DNA of 64,000 nucleotides from a virus (IMGVR_UViG_3300049988_000286:320001-384000), one strand, 5' to 3'; positions 55,181 through 63,853 are shown, counted from the stretch's first letter. Numbers and translations: made by a program. The notes: generated by a model from the letters alone, not told the origin.

Positions 55181-55438
55181 ATGGCACAGCGTGATCGCAA
55201 GGACTACCAGATCATGGTAGAGGGCAAGGCCGTGAAACTCGTTGATGCAACGCGCGAGCAGATCGAACTTGCCCTCATGACGGCGCTCGATGTCGTGCAT
55301 GCCGTTGAGACCGATCTGCGTCGGCGACCATCGCTCTCCCTCTTGGACGCGTTCATCACGGGACGTGATACGGAAACGGAGAAGCTTTTGGAGAAGATCG
55401 ATGGTGAAGATGGTGAAGGGTGTGACGTTCGACTTTAA
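55181..55438 (+). CDS. Hypothetical protein
   Basis: GAGGA SD. Confidence 0.6.
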   Translation: MAQRDRKDYQIMVEGKAVKLVDATREQIELALMTALDVVHAVETDLRRRPSLSLLDAFITGRDTETEKLLEKIDGEDGEGCDVRL

Positions 55439-55919
55439 GTGTCGGGAGTGCGACCGCGAATTTGGTAGCAGAGAGGCCCTTGGTCAGCACGTGCGCGACA
55501 AGCACACGGAAGCAGCCGTGGAGGATGGGTTCGTCTCTGCCGAGCAGCGCGAGGTCTTTGAGGTAGATCGTAGCTACCTCCGCACCTCTCATGGCGTTCA
55601 GCGCCTTTCCGTGCTGATGACCTTCGACGCTGATACGGAAAAACTCTACCACCGCGATCTTCGCGTTGCCGCCGCCTATCTCCTCGACATTGCGACGCGG
55701 TATGAGGGTGCGTTTTTGGAGGAGCACTGGACCGGCTACGAGACGATGGAGATGCGCTTCGGTCTCTACCGTGAGGAAACCGACGAGGAATATCGTGATC
55801 GGCTCGAAACGGAAGCAGCACGCGAGGCAGAGCAGCGGTCCAAGATCGCGCGGGAGAGGGAGCGTGCGAACATCGACAAGGCTATCGCGGGTCTTCAGCA
55901 GAAGCGCGCTCGCCTCTAA
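55401..55919 (+). CDS. C2H2 zinc-finger protein
   Basis: FKCRECDREFGSREALGQHVRDKH. Confidence 0.7.
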   Translation: MVKMVKGVTFDFKCRECDREFGSREALGQHVRDKHTEAAVEDGFVSAEQREVFEVDRSYLRTSHGVQRLSVLMTFDADTEKLYHRDLRVAAAYLLDIATRYEGAFLEEHWTGYETMEMRFGLYREETDEEYRDRLETEAAREAEQRSKIARERERANIDKAIAGLQQKRARL

Positions 55920-55926
55920 ATAGATG

Positions 55927-56361
55927 ATGGATATCAAGCGGCTAATAGATGAGGCGGGGTTCGACGAATACGATCACGACACGGGGACTTCCGGCTTATG
56001 CGCGATGTTCGCACTTGCCCTATACCGCGTCGCGATCAAGGACCGTCCCCGCCTCATTCTATTAGGCTCAATCCGAGACGGTAAGCCCGCAATGGATCGC
56101 CGGGGCGGTATCTACTGGTCCCACGCTGCCGTAGAGATTGCGGGGCGCTTCTACGACATCGAAGGTGAGCAGCAGCGCGAGTGGATGATCGGCAATTACC
56201 TGTGGGGACTGCCACGAAATGCTACACCCGCCTTGCACGAATTGGCCCCGCCGGAATTCATTTCACAGATCAGGGGGACGCCCGCTGCGGTCGATTGGCC
56301 CTTCTACATTTCTTGCCGTGATCGTTTGATTAAAGCTGCGGGGACGATCTCCCAGCATTAA
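55927..56361 (+). CDS. Putative virion protein with papain/transglutaminase-like Cys-His-Asp triad
   Basis: MDIKRLIDEA; GLCAMFALAL...SHAAV...YDIEG; TAAATA-N4-ATG. Confidence 0.55.
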   Translation: MDIKRLIDEAGFDEYDHDTGTSGLCAMFALALYRVAIKDRPRLILLGSIRDGKPAMDRRGGIYWSHAAVEIAGRFYDIEGEQQREWMIGNYLWGLPRNATPALHELAPPEFISQIRGTPAAVDWPFYISCRDRLIKAAGTISQH

Positions 56362-56369
56362 ATACAGGT

Positions 56370-56609
56370 ATGACACAGCCTGTATCCATGGAAGAAATCA
56401 CCGCCCTCTACCGTGAACTCGAAGCGTGGTCCTACCTCCGCGACGGCATCTACGCCTTCGTCGATTTCGGTCTGATATCACAGCGTGCCGGGTTCGACTG
56501 TCTCGCCGATATGCAAACGATGATCACTCAAGGTTGGTCGGAACTGATCGATGAGCATCGTACCGCCGTTGAGGCGCTGCTAGCCCAGCATGGTCACCGA
56601 TTCTCCTGA
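56370..56609 (+). CDS. Late hypothetical protein
   Basis: TAAATA-N5-ATG. Confidence 0.6.
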   Translation: MTQPVSMEEITALYRELEAWSYLRDGIYAFVDFGLISQRAGFDCLADMQTMITQGWSELIDEHRTAVEALLAQHGHRFS

Positions 56610-56797
56610 CGATCGTCGATCTCTGGTCTCTCGACGTTGAGTTTGATCAGGAAGAACAGCAGGATGGGCCAAAGCAGGATGCCGAACGCGAAGATGATCC
56701 CGAGATCAGCCTTTGCCTTGGTATCAACGGGGAGCCACCGGATCGTGTAAAGGGCTGCCATCACGGTGACGAGCGCACCAATGTCGTAATAGGTCAT
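56594..56797 (-). CDS. Small 2-TM membrane protein
   Basis: Hydrophobic; LLWP motif. Confidence 0.55.
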   Translation of the reverse strand: MTYYDIGALVTVMAALYTIRWLPVDTKAKADLGIIFAFGILLWPILLFFLIKLNVERPEIDDRQENR

Positions 56798-56835
56798 TCA
56801 ACGATGATGCGCCCGGCGTTGCCCTCGGTGCAATA

Positions 56836-57363
56836 TTACAGATACATCGCTGACCGGTCGAAGCCCTTCTCTGCGGCGAGTTCGACCATCTCCTCCGCTG
56901 TCATCTTCTGACGCCCGACGACATATTCATTGGCGAGGCTTTTGTGCTCAATGACGCGACTGTAGACCGGTCGATAGCCGCGTTCACGCAGAAAGCGAGC
57001 AGCGGCGGGAGCAACGCCGGGAGCGGCCGAAACGGTGATGGTCCGGTTGTAGGGCACGTTGCCACCCAAGCGTCCGCGCGCCGTTTGTGGCCGCACGCCC
57101 GTCAGGCGAGCCCAGCGCAGGATCGTGGTCTCCCCCATGCCGTATTTCTTCGCCAGTTCGGTAGTGGTGGAGGTGCGCGCGGACTGAACAAAATCCTCCG
57201 GAGGGGGGAGGCTCTCGCGCTTCGGTTTGATCACCAGCCCGGCATTTTTCCGCATACGCTGCACCACTTTGCGCGAAAGCCCATAGCGATTTGCCAGTTG
57301 GTTATCGCTCTCGATCGGCGCGTATTGGGCAAAATCCTCTGGGATATCATCCGACTTCGACAT
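56836..57363 (-). CDS. Tandem HTH protein (P.DF...L...Y repeats)
   Basis: PEDF...QLANRYGLSRKVV; PEDF...ELAKKYGMGETTILRW. Confidence 0.65.
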   Translation of the reverse strand: MSKSDDIPEDFAQYAPIESDNQLANRYGLSRKVVQRMRKNAGLVIKPKRESLPPPEDFVQSARTSTTTELAKKYGMGETTILRWARLTGVRPQTARGRLGGNVPYNRTITVSAAPGVAPAAARFLRERGYRPVYSRVIEHKSLANEYVVGRQKMTAEEMVELAAEKGFDRSAMYL

Positions 57364-57520
57364 GCTGTTTCCTTCCTGCCCGCCGTGTGGCGGATTCCTT
57401 CCTTGATTGCAAGTTCGTGCTTGCGAATTCTTCGCCATTGAGGTAAACCATCATCTCTTCGTGACGAAGATGACTGCTCGGGGGCGGGGTCGAATTCACC
57501 CACAAGCAGGAGTTAGAGTT

Positions 57521-58051
57521 ATGAAGAAGATCAAGACTGTGTTCGCCATTGATCGTGCCACGCATCGCGCTACCGACGAGGTGATCGCGCAGTGGGTCAT
57601 GGATGGCGAGGGGGTGGCGACTATCAAGGTCGATGGCACATCCTGCGCAATCCGGGGTGGAAAGCTGTTTCGTCGCTACGATGCGAAGAACGGCAAGACG
57701 CCGCCGGAGGGCTGGGAGCCCTGTGAAGCCGCTCCCGATCCCCATACCGGCCATTGGCCGGGATGGCTGCCTGTCGAGGGTGACCCGGCGGGCAAGTACC
57801 ACCGGGAGGCGTTTGACGCCCTACTCCCCGATGGCACTTACGAGCTTGTCGGCCCCAAGGTTCAAGGAAACCGATACGGGCTCGACCGTCACGAACTTCG
57901 CCCGCATGGCGCGCAGATCGTAGAGGTTGCGAGGACTCGTGAGGCTCTCCTTGATTGGCTCACGAGCCATGAAGAGGAGGGACTGGTCTTTCACCGCGCA
58001 AATGGTGACATGGCCAAGCTTCGGCGCAAGGACTTCGGTCTGCGCTGGTGA
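57521..58051 (+). CDS. RNA ligase-like protein (DUF5565/RLIG1-like)
   Basis: ATIKVDGTS (motif I), TYELVGPKVQGN, EGLVF, AKLR. Confidence 0.7.
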   Translation: MKKIKTVFAIDRATHRATDEVIAQWVMDGEGVATIKVDGTSCAIRGGKLFRRYDAKNGKTPPEGWEPCEAAPDPHTGHWPGWLPVEGDPAGKYHREAFDALLPDGTYELVGPKVQGNRYGLDRHELRPHGAQIVEVARTREALLDWLTSHEEEGLVFHRANGDMAKLRRKDFGLRW

Positions 58052-58055
58052 CAGA

Positions 58056-58080
58056 GGAGAGGGGCGACCCTCTCCTTTTT
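58056..58080 (+). terminator. Rho-independent terminator
   Basis: GGAGAGGG-GCGA-CCCTCTCC-TTTTT. Confidence 0.8.
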
Positions 58081-58129
58081 CATTTCCTCCTTCGAACTAT
58101 CGTGCTACGCCACGCAGGAGGAGACTGGG

Positions 58130-58525
58130 ATGACAATTTTCTATATCGACGAAGCCGCCGAGCAGGAACTCCGCGCCTTGGCGGAACGCGCTGCGGCAAA
58201 GGTCATCCCGCTGACCTCGCTCATACATGCCGTTGAGATGATGAAGGCGGGAACGCCGATCCGTCTCGTTCCCGCCGATCAAACCATCATGCTCCCCACC
58301 GGCTTCCTCGTCACCTATTCGGTTGAGGAGCAACCGGGCGGCAAGATGCGCCACCTCTCGATGTCCTCGCCCGCTAGCGGCAGGGCACCGATCGAGGCCG
58401 CGTGCGAGATGGTGATGGAGCATCTTGGGTTCCGGACGCGAATGCGATCCTGTCAGGTTTGGCTCGAAGACCTCCCTGACGGCGAGAAGGCCATCAACAT
58501 CCTTGGGCCGTGGCTGGTTCATTGA
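58130..58525 (+). CDS. Hypothetical protein
   Basis: RHLSMS motif; AGGAG SD. Confidence 0.7.
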   Translation: MTIFYIDEAAEQELRALAERAAAKVIPLTSLIHAVEMMKAGTPIRLVPADQTIMLPTGFLVTYSVEEQPGGKMRHLSMSSPASGRAPIEAACEMVMEHLGFRTRMRSCQVWLEDLPDGEKAINILGPWLVH

Positions 58526-58872
58526 GCCGCCGTTACGCACTGTCGATACGCTTCTACGACATGGATGAATACGTGGATTGGATGAGGGATCAAGGGATGC
58601 CCTTCCTCTTGAAGCTCTCGCAACAGAATGCTTGGACGGTCTCCCGGCGCGTGAGCGTATTCAAGAAACCCTCACGCGTAGTCATAACAGCAGCGATTAA
58701 TCCAGAGGTGGTTGTTGATATCCGGATGCGCGAGAGCGATCACACGCTCTTGCGCCTTCGCCTTCAGCACGGCAGGTTCGTCTCGTCGCGTGTCAAGAAA
58801 CGCCCCTATCCGATCGGCAAGAGCCATGCTGCTGTTCACAAGTGGCTGTCCAAGAAAATAGTGCAGCCATGA
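58510..58872 (+). CDS. Family A paralog (dispersed)
   Basis: MRDQGMPF...MRESDHTLLRL. Confidence 0.6.
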   Translation: MAGSLSRRYALSIRFYDMDEYVDWMRDQGMPFLLKLSQQNAWTVSRRVSVFKKPSRVVITAAINPEVVVDIRMRESDHTLLRLRLQHGRFVSSRVKKRPYPIGKSHAAVHKWLSKKIVQP

Positions 58873-58894
58873 TCCCGACGAGGTAAACACCCCC

Positions 58895-59191
58895 ATGCTC
58901 ACTCTTCCTCTCCTCTTTTATTGGTGGACCATCGCCCTCATTGGCGCGGGCCTCGGTATCTGGAACGCAATCCGCATCCCGAAGCGCCGCTGGGCTTGGT
59001 TGCTGTTCGGCTATCTCATCGTTGGCCTGTTCTCGCTCGCTTTGCCGATGAAAGCCGCACTACCTGCGACTAGCCTTGTCGGTGTCGTATTCCTGACACT
59101 CATCTGGCCATTCTGGTTCCTGCAATCACTCGGCTATAGCATTCCCGAACTATTGCCGCTATGGTTTCAGGCAATGCTCTTCAACGTATAA
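58895..59191 (+). CDS. Membrane protein
   Basis: 3 hydrophobic segments. Confidence 0.65.
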   Translation: MLTLPLLFYWWTIALIGAGLGIWNAIRIPKRRWAWLLFGYLIVGLFSLALPMKAALPATSLVGVVFLTLIWPFWFLQSLGYSIPELLPLWFQAMLFNV

Positions 59192-59199
59192 GAGGTCAC

Positions 59200-59511
59200 A
59201 TGTCCGCTTTCGATCAAGCCAAGCGTGTTGTCATTGTCGCGGCAATCCTTGTTCTCGCGCTCACCTTCGCGGCGTGCCTCTTCATGGCGGGGATCAACCT
59301 CATCGCCATGGTGTTCTCCGCCGTCTGGCTGTTCGTCAAGGCCACCCTTTGGTTGATCGCGGGCGCGGCGGCGATCGGGCTTGCGGCATGGCTGAACAAT
59401 TTGCTCCCACGCAAGCGGTATGAAGCACCGCCAAGCGTCGAGGTATTCGCCCCAGATGCCCCGCTACCGGTCCGCCGCCCTGCCTTCACGGTGGTGAGCA
59501 ACGATGAGTGA
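59200..59511 (+). CDS. Membrane protein
   Basis: Long hydrophobic N-terminus. Confidence 0.6.
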   Translation: MSAFDQAKRVVIVAAILVLALTFAACLFMAGINLIAMVFSAVWLFVKATLWLIAGAAAIGLAAWLNNLLPRKRYEAPPSVEVFAPDAPLPVRRPAFTVVSNDE

Positions 59512-59710
59512 ACCGAAGAAGGGCGAGCGCGACGGTCTGTGTAATCGTCGCGCCTGTCAGGCACCGCTTGCGGGCCAAGAGCAGTGGGTCATGGGACCGC
59601 CGTTCACCTCTGGGGAGAAACTCCATTATTGCGCGAAATGCGCCCAACAGTTTATCGAGGACGATCGCAAATTCGGTGACCCCATTCGGGTAACTTTGGT
59701 CGAAGACTGA
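59504..59710 (+). CDS. Small Zn-finger protein
   Basis: CNRRAC...YCAKC. Confidence 0.6.
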   Translation: MSEPKKGERDGLCNRRACQAPLAGQEQWVMGPPFTSGEKLHYCAKCAQQFIEDDRKFGDPIRVTLVED

Positions 59711-59964
59711 TGTCGGTCCTAGTTCACGTTAACCGATCCCACATAGCGATGAACGCCAAGGATGGCGGCAATCGACCCGTCTATACTGTGAAGATGAAGG
59801 GGCGCACGCGTTACGCGCGTGAGGTGATCATCCATGGTCCTTCTCGGATGGTCTACGATGGCACGCAATTGAGTTGCGGGGCACGGGCTTGGTTGATCAG
59901 TGATGCAGAGGTCACGCTCGTGGATGAAATGTCTTTCCAAGAGGCCAGACTTGCCGTAGAGTAG
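59710..59964 (+). CDS. Hypothetical phage protein
   Basis: VHVNRSHI...VIIHGPS.MVY...LSCGARAW. Confidence 0.65.
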   Translation: MSVLVHVNRSHIAMNAKDGGNRPVYTVKMKGRTRYAREVIIHGPSRMVYDGTQLSCGARAWLISDAEVTLVDEMSFQEARLAVE

Positions 59965-59981
59965 TGGGGAAAGGTTCTCTG

Positions 59982-62717
59982 ATGGTTGATTATCGCCCCA
60001 CCGTGACTGTTCCGAAGACGCCGCTGCCCACGAAGGCGCGGATCGCCGATGAGCCTCGTCAGGTCGAGGCGTGGGCGGGTCTCCATGATCGCCTCGCTGC
60101 GAAGAACGAGGGTCGCCCAACTTACCTCCTCCACGACGGCCCCCCGTACGCGAACGGCAACATCCACATGGGGCACGCGCTCAACAAGGTGCTCAAGGAC
60201 GTGATCTGCCGGGGGCAGCGCGCTCTCGGCTTCGATGCTCGTCTGCACGCGGGGTGGGACTGTCGTGGTCTTCCAATCGAGTGGAAGGTCGAAGAGGATT
60301 GGCGCAAGCAGAAGCGTGACAAGAATGCCGAGCCGGAAGCATTTCGGCAGGATTGCCGCGACTATGCGGCACGGTGGGTGGATGTCCAGAAGGAGCAGTT
60401 CAAGCGGCTGGGGATCGTCGCCGACTGGGAGTCCGCGCCCTACGGTCATGGTTACCGCACGATGTCGCCCGAGATGTCGAGCCTGATCGTTTACCGCTTT
60501 CACCGCATGGTGGAGCGCGGCGATGTGTATTCGGCCAAGAAGCCGGTGTTGTGGAGTCATGTCGAGCGCACCGCTATGGCGGAGGCGGAGACCGTGGATC
60601 GCGAGCATCAGGTCGAACAGGCGTGGGTGACCTTCCGGATGTTCGCAGGGCCGCTCAAGGGCGACGATCTCCTTGTCTGGACCACCACGCCTTGGAGCCT
60701 TCCGAGCAATGTCGCGGTCGCGTACAACCCTGACATCGCCTACGGGCTTTACGAACAGCGCGGACGCCGGTTCGTGGTTGCCGACAGTTGTGTGGAACGC
60801 GCGCTGCAAAATGATTATCAGCGCCTCCGCGACATCGATCCGAAGACGGACTTCCCGCGCCATGCAGAGCATCCCCTGAACGATCTCGGCTACCCGGTTG
60901 GTGAGGACTGCGTGTCGCGGATCATGCCGGCATCCTTCGTCCGCGACAGTGCGGGAACGGGTCTTGTCCATGTCGCCCCCAGTCATTCCCGTGATGACTG
61001 GGAGGCTTGGAAGGCGCTCGATCACACGTTGACCTTCCCGACGACGATCAACGAGGATGGGCGCTACCACGACAGCCTTCCGCTGTTCGGCGGCACGGCG
61101 GTGGTCAAGGGCAAACGCCTCGGTCCCGCGAACGAGATGGTGCTCGATGCCATGGCGGAGCGTGGTACGCTCTACCGGCGCGAGACTGCTCCCCTGACCT
61201 TGCAGCACTCTTGGCGCAGCGACGCGGTTCTCCTCACGCTCGCCACTGATCAGTGGTTCATCCGCGTCACCGGGGAGGGCGGCGTGGTTGAACGTGTGCT
61301 TGCGGGATTGGCGGAGGTTGAGTTCTCCCCATCCAGCGGCGGCACGCGCATGGCCTCGATGCTGCGCGATCGTCCCGATTGGCTGGTGTCTCGTCAGCGC
61401 CTGTGGGGCACCCCCATGGCCATCTTGGCGCATCGTCGCACCGGCGAGCCCTGCCGTGATCCGGCCGTCTTGGGAGCGATCCATCAAGAGTTGATGGATC
61501 GTGGGGCGGATGCGTGGTGGAGCGAGTTCTCGGTTGAGGACATGTTCGCAGCGATCGGTCGCCCCGACGAGGCCAAGGACTGGCGGCGCGTCGATGACGT
61601 GCTCGATGTCTGGTTCGATTCTGCGTGTGTGCACGCCATCACTGGTGAGCGTGCCGATCTTGTCGTCGAGGGGAGTGATCAGAGCCGTGGCTGGTTCCAG
61701 AGCAGCGCTCTCGAAGGCATGGCCAACGATGGCGTGCTCCCGTACCGGGAAGTGCTCACCCACGGTTTCGTCCTTGACGGATCGGGGCGCAAGATGTCGA
61801 AGTCGGAGGGGAACGTCATTGATCCCATGACGGTGGTAGATCGTCTTGGCGCGGATGCGGTTCGTGTCTGGGTAGCTGCCACCGACGTTCGCGAAGACCT
61901 TCGTGTCAGTGATGCGGTGTTAGCCACCCATGCCGAGACGGTTCGCAAGGTCCGTATCACGCTTCGCTACCTCGTCGCGGCGCTGGCGGGTGTTACCGTT
62001 ACGCACGATCGGGTGATCGTCGATCCCCTCAACCGCTATGTGCTCAATCGTGTCGCGCATACCAGTGACGCGTTGTTCGCCATGCTGGCGGAGAAGGACT
62101 TCACCCGCTACGTGGCGACGATCGCGAATTTCTGCGCCAATGATCTCTCCGCCCTGCTGTTCGATGCCCGCAAGGACATCCTCTACTGCGACGGGCCGAG
62201 TGCGCGACGGGATGATTATCTCGCAACGCTCTCGGAGGTGTTTGAGCATCTGGTTCGCTGGGCGGCTCCCGTGATGGTTTTCGCGGCGGAGGAGATGTGG
62301 CAAGCCCTCCATCCAGAATCGAGCGTGCACGAGCAAGACTGGCTCCATCCCCACTGGTTGTGGAACGACGAGCGGTTGATGGAACGGTGGGCGAAGGTGC
62401 TCGATTATCGCTCGGAGATGTTGGGCAAGATTGAGGAAGTGCGTGCGGCGGGTGCGGTGAAGTCTAGCCTTGAATGCCATCTCACTGTCTTCGCCGATCC
62501 AGCGGCACGCCAGCACATGCTTGGGATCGATATGGCGGAACTCACCCTCACGGCTGGGGTGGATATCCGCTCCTTGGAGGGGCGCTTTACCGCACCGACC
62601 AACACTGTGGTGGAGCGTGTCACCACGCCGCGCTGTGACCGGTGCTGGCGGCACGTCGAGGTCGAGGCTGTCGAGGACTCGCATCTCTGTGATCGGTGCG
62701 CGGAGGTTGTGGCGTGA
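59982..62717 (+). CDS. ileS: Isoleucyl-tRNA synthetase, bacterial type 1
   Basis: DGPPYANG, HMGH, WTTTPW, GTGLVH.AP, DW.VSRQR.WG, EGSDQ.RGWF, KMSKS, C-terminal CDRCW...CDRC zinc finger. Confidence 0.95.
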   Translation: MVDYRPTVTVPKTPLPTKARIADEPRQVEAWAGLHDRLAAKNEGRPTYLLHDGPPYANGNIHMGHALNKVLKDVICRGQRALGFDARLHAGWDCRGLPIEWKVEEDWRKQKRDKNAEPEAFRQDCRDYAARWVDVQKEQFKRLGIVADWESAPYGHGYRTMSPEMSSLIVYRFHRMVERGDVYSAKKPVLWSHVERTAMAEAETVDREHQVEQAWVTFRMFAGPLKGDDLLVWTTTPWSLPSNVAVAYNPDIAYGLYEQRGRRFVVADSCVERALQNDYQRLRDIDPKTDFPRHAEHPLNDLGYPVGEDCVSRIMPASFVRDSAGTGLVHVAPSHSRDDWEAWKALDHTLTFPTTINEDGRYHDSLPLFGGTAVVKGKRLGPANEMVLDAMAERGTLYRRETAPLTLQHSWRSDAVLLTLATDQWFIRVTGEGGVVERVLAGLAEVEFSPSSGGTRMASMLRDRPDWLVSRQRLWGTPMAILAHRRTGEPCRDPAVLGAIHQELMDRGADAWWSEFSVEDMFAAIGRPDEAKDWRRVDDVLDVWFDSACVHAITGERADLVVEGSDQSRGWFQSSALEGMANDGVLPYREVLTHGFVLDGSGRKMSKSEGNVIDPMTVVDRLGADAVRVWVAATDVREDLRVSDAVLATHAETVRKVRITLRYLVAALAGVTVTHDRVIVDPLNRYVLNRVAHTSDALFAMLAEKDFTRYVATIANFCANDLSALLFDARKDILYCDGPSARRDDYLATLSEVFEHLVRWAAPVMVFAAEEMWQALHPESSVHEQDWLHPHWLWNDERLMERWAKVLDYRSEMLGKIEEVRAAGAVKSSLECHLTVFADPAARQHMLGIDMAELTLTAGVDIRSLEGRFTAPTNTVVERVTTPRCDRCWRHVEVEAVEDSHLCDRCAEVVA

Positions 62718-62905
62718 GCCGCATCCTCCCCGAACCCACAGCGGAAGAGGTCCGCGCAATGCGAGATCAGAATGGGTGGGGGCTTGCCGAGTGTAAATCG
62801 ATTTTACTCAAGCTGCGAGCCAAGTCTCATGTCGCCATCCTGCGTGAGCACGACGATCGCGAGGTGCTCGCTGATGTGCTCGACTATCTAATCTCTCGCC
62901 GATAA
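62714..62905 (+). CDS. Small protein with EF-Ts N-terminal (UBA-like) motif
   Basis: TAEEVRAMRDQNGWGLAECKSIL vs EF-Ts pattern (T/S)A..VK.LRE.TG.GM..CK.AL. Confidence 0.55.
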   Translation: MSRILPEPTAEEVRAMRDQNGWGLAECKSILLKLRAKSHVAILREHDDREVLADVLDYLISRR

Positions 62906-63159
62906 GGATACGCCATGCTCGGTGAAGCGCGGGGCGAGGACGCCCGCCGGGTGTTGGTCGGGCTCTATCCCCCGCATCGGTGATGTGGTAAAATCGGGTG
63001 TGCGACGGATCGTCGATCAGGACGCTGATCACGGATTATCCGAAGTGCGACGGGGCCTTGTCGATGGGCCTTCTCGCTTGCGAGGAAACGATCGAACGGC
63101 GGCAGGGCGTCGGAGTTGGGTCGGTCGAGAGGCCGAAACAGCCCGGTCCCAGCACAGGA

Positions 63160-63195
63160 AGAGCCGGTGACTCGTGTCACCGGCTCTCTTTGTTT
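63160..63195. terminator. Long hairpin between convergent operons
   Basis: AGAGCCGGTGAC-TCGT-GTCACCGGCTCT then CTTTGTTT. Confidence 0.75.
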
Positions 63196-63425
63196 CACGC
63201 GTAGGTGAACGACGTGTTCGCGAGTGCGTCAAGGATGGCCTGACGCTTTTTGTTGGGACGAGAGTGACCCCGACGATATGTCTGGATCATGTCAGGGGAG
63301 ACCCCGAGCGACCGCGCGATACGGCTGGTGGTCATCGCGGACCGATCGCAGAAGAGATCGAACTCCCGGCCGAAAGCGGGATAGCGGGGCGGTCGTGCAC
63401 CACCGGGGACGAAATGAATGCTCAT
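63195..63425 (-). CDS. XRE/Cro-like HTH protein
   Basis: TSRIARSLGVSPDMIQTYRRGHSRP. Confidence 0.75.
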   Translation of the reverse strand: MSIHFVPGGARPPRYPAFGREFDLFCDRSAMTTSRIARSLGVSPDMIQTYRRGHSRPNKKRQAILDALANTSFTYA

Positions 63426-63754
63426 CGAGCGTTCCTCCGAAGGATGGTGACATAGCCCAGCTTGCGCAACGCGGCGACGTGCTCGCGAGCGGCAGCGGAG
63501 ACTTCCTTGTCGTTCTTCGGCTCGTCGAGCGTGAACTGCACCTTGAGCAAACGCTCCAGCGCGATAGCATTCGTGGTGGTGGGACGCGCAAAGCCGCGTC
63601 GGTAACCGCGAACAACTTCGTGGCTGACCTTCATCTCGCGCGCGATGTCGGAGATGGTGAGCGGGCTTGCGTCGAACGCTTCCGCGCACTCGCGACCAAA
63701 GGTCGGCCAAACGCAGCGGTGATGGAGAGGGTCGAATGGTTCCAACGGTCTCAT
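63422..63754 (-). CDS. XRE/Cro-like HTH protein (paralog)
   Basis: ISDIAREMKVSHEVVRGYRRGFARP. Confidence 0.75.
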   Translation of the reverse strand: MRPLEPFDPLHHRCVWPTFGRECAEAFDASPLTISDIAREMKVSHEVVRGYRRGFARPTTTNAIALERLLKVQFTLDEPKNDKEVSAAAREHVAALRKLGYVTILRRNAR

Positions 63755-63805
63755 CGAGTTTCCTTTCAGGAAAGCGCCTTGGGATGATCCCCGTGGCGTG
63801 GCTCC

Positions 63806-63853
63806 TATCTAGAAACTCATGAAACTCTTGTCAAACAGGAAACTCATGAAACT
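63806..63853. promoter_or_regulatory. Divergent promoter region with 15-bp direct repeat
   Basis: Minus strand TTGACA(63834-29)-N17-TAGATA; GAAACTCATGAAACT at 63812-26 and 63839-53. Confidence 0.6.

Noticed and set aside
59853-61763. 636-aa antisense ORF
   Set aside because: Shadow of ileS on the opposite strand of GC-rich coding DNA; the same applies to antisense ORFs over nrdA, nrdB and others.
62915-63204. Gene between the EF-Ts-like ORF and the terminator
   Set aside because: Only short or overlapping fragments in three frames; possibly a decayed gene, not supportable.
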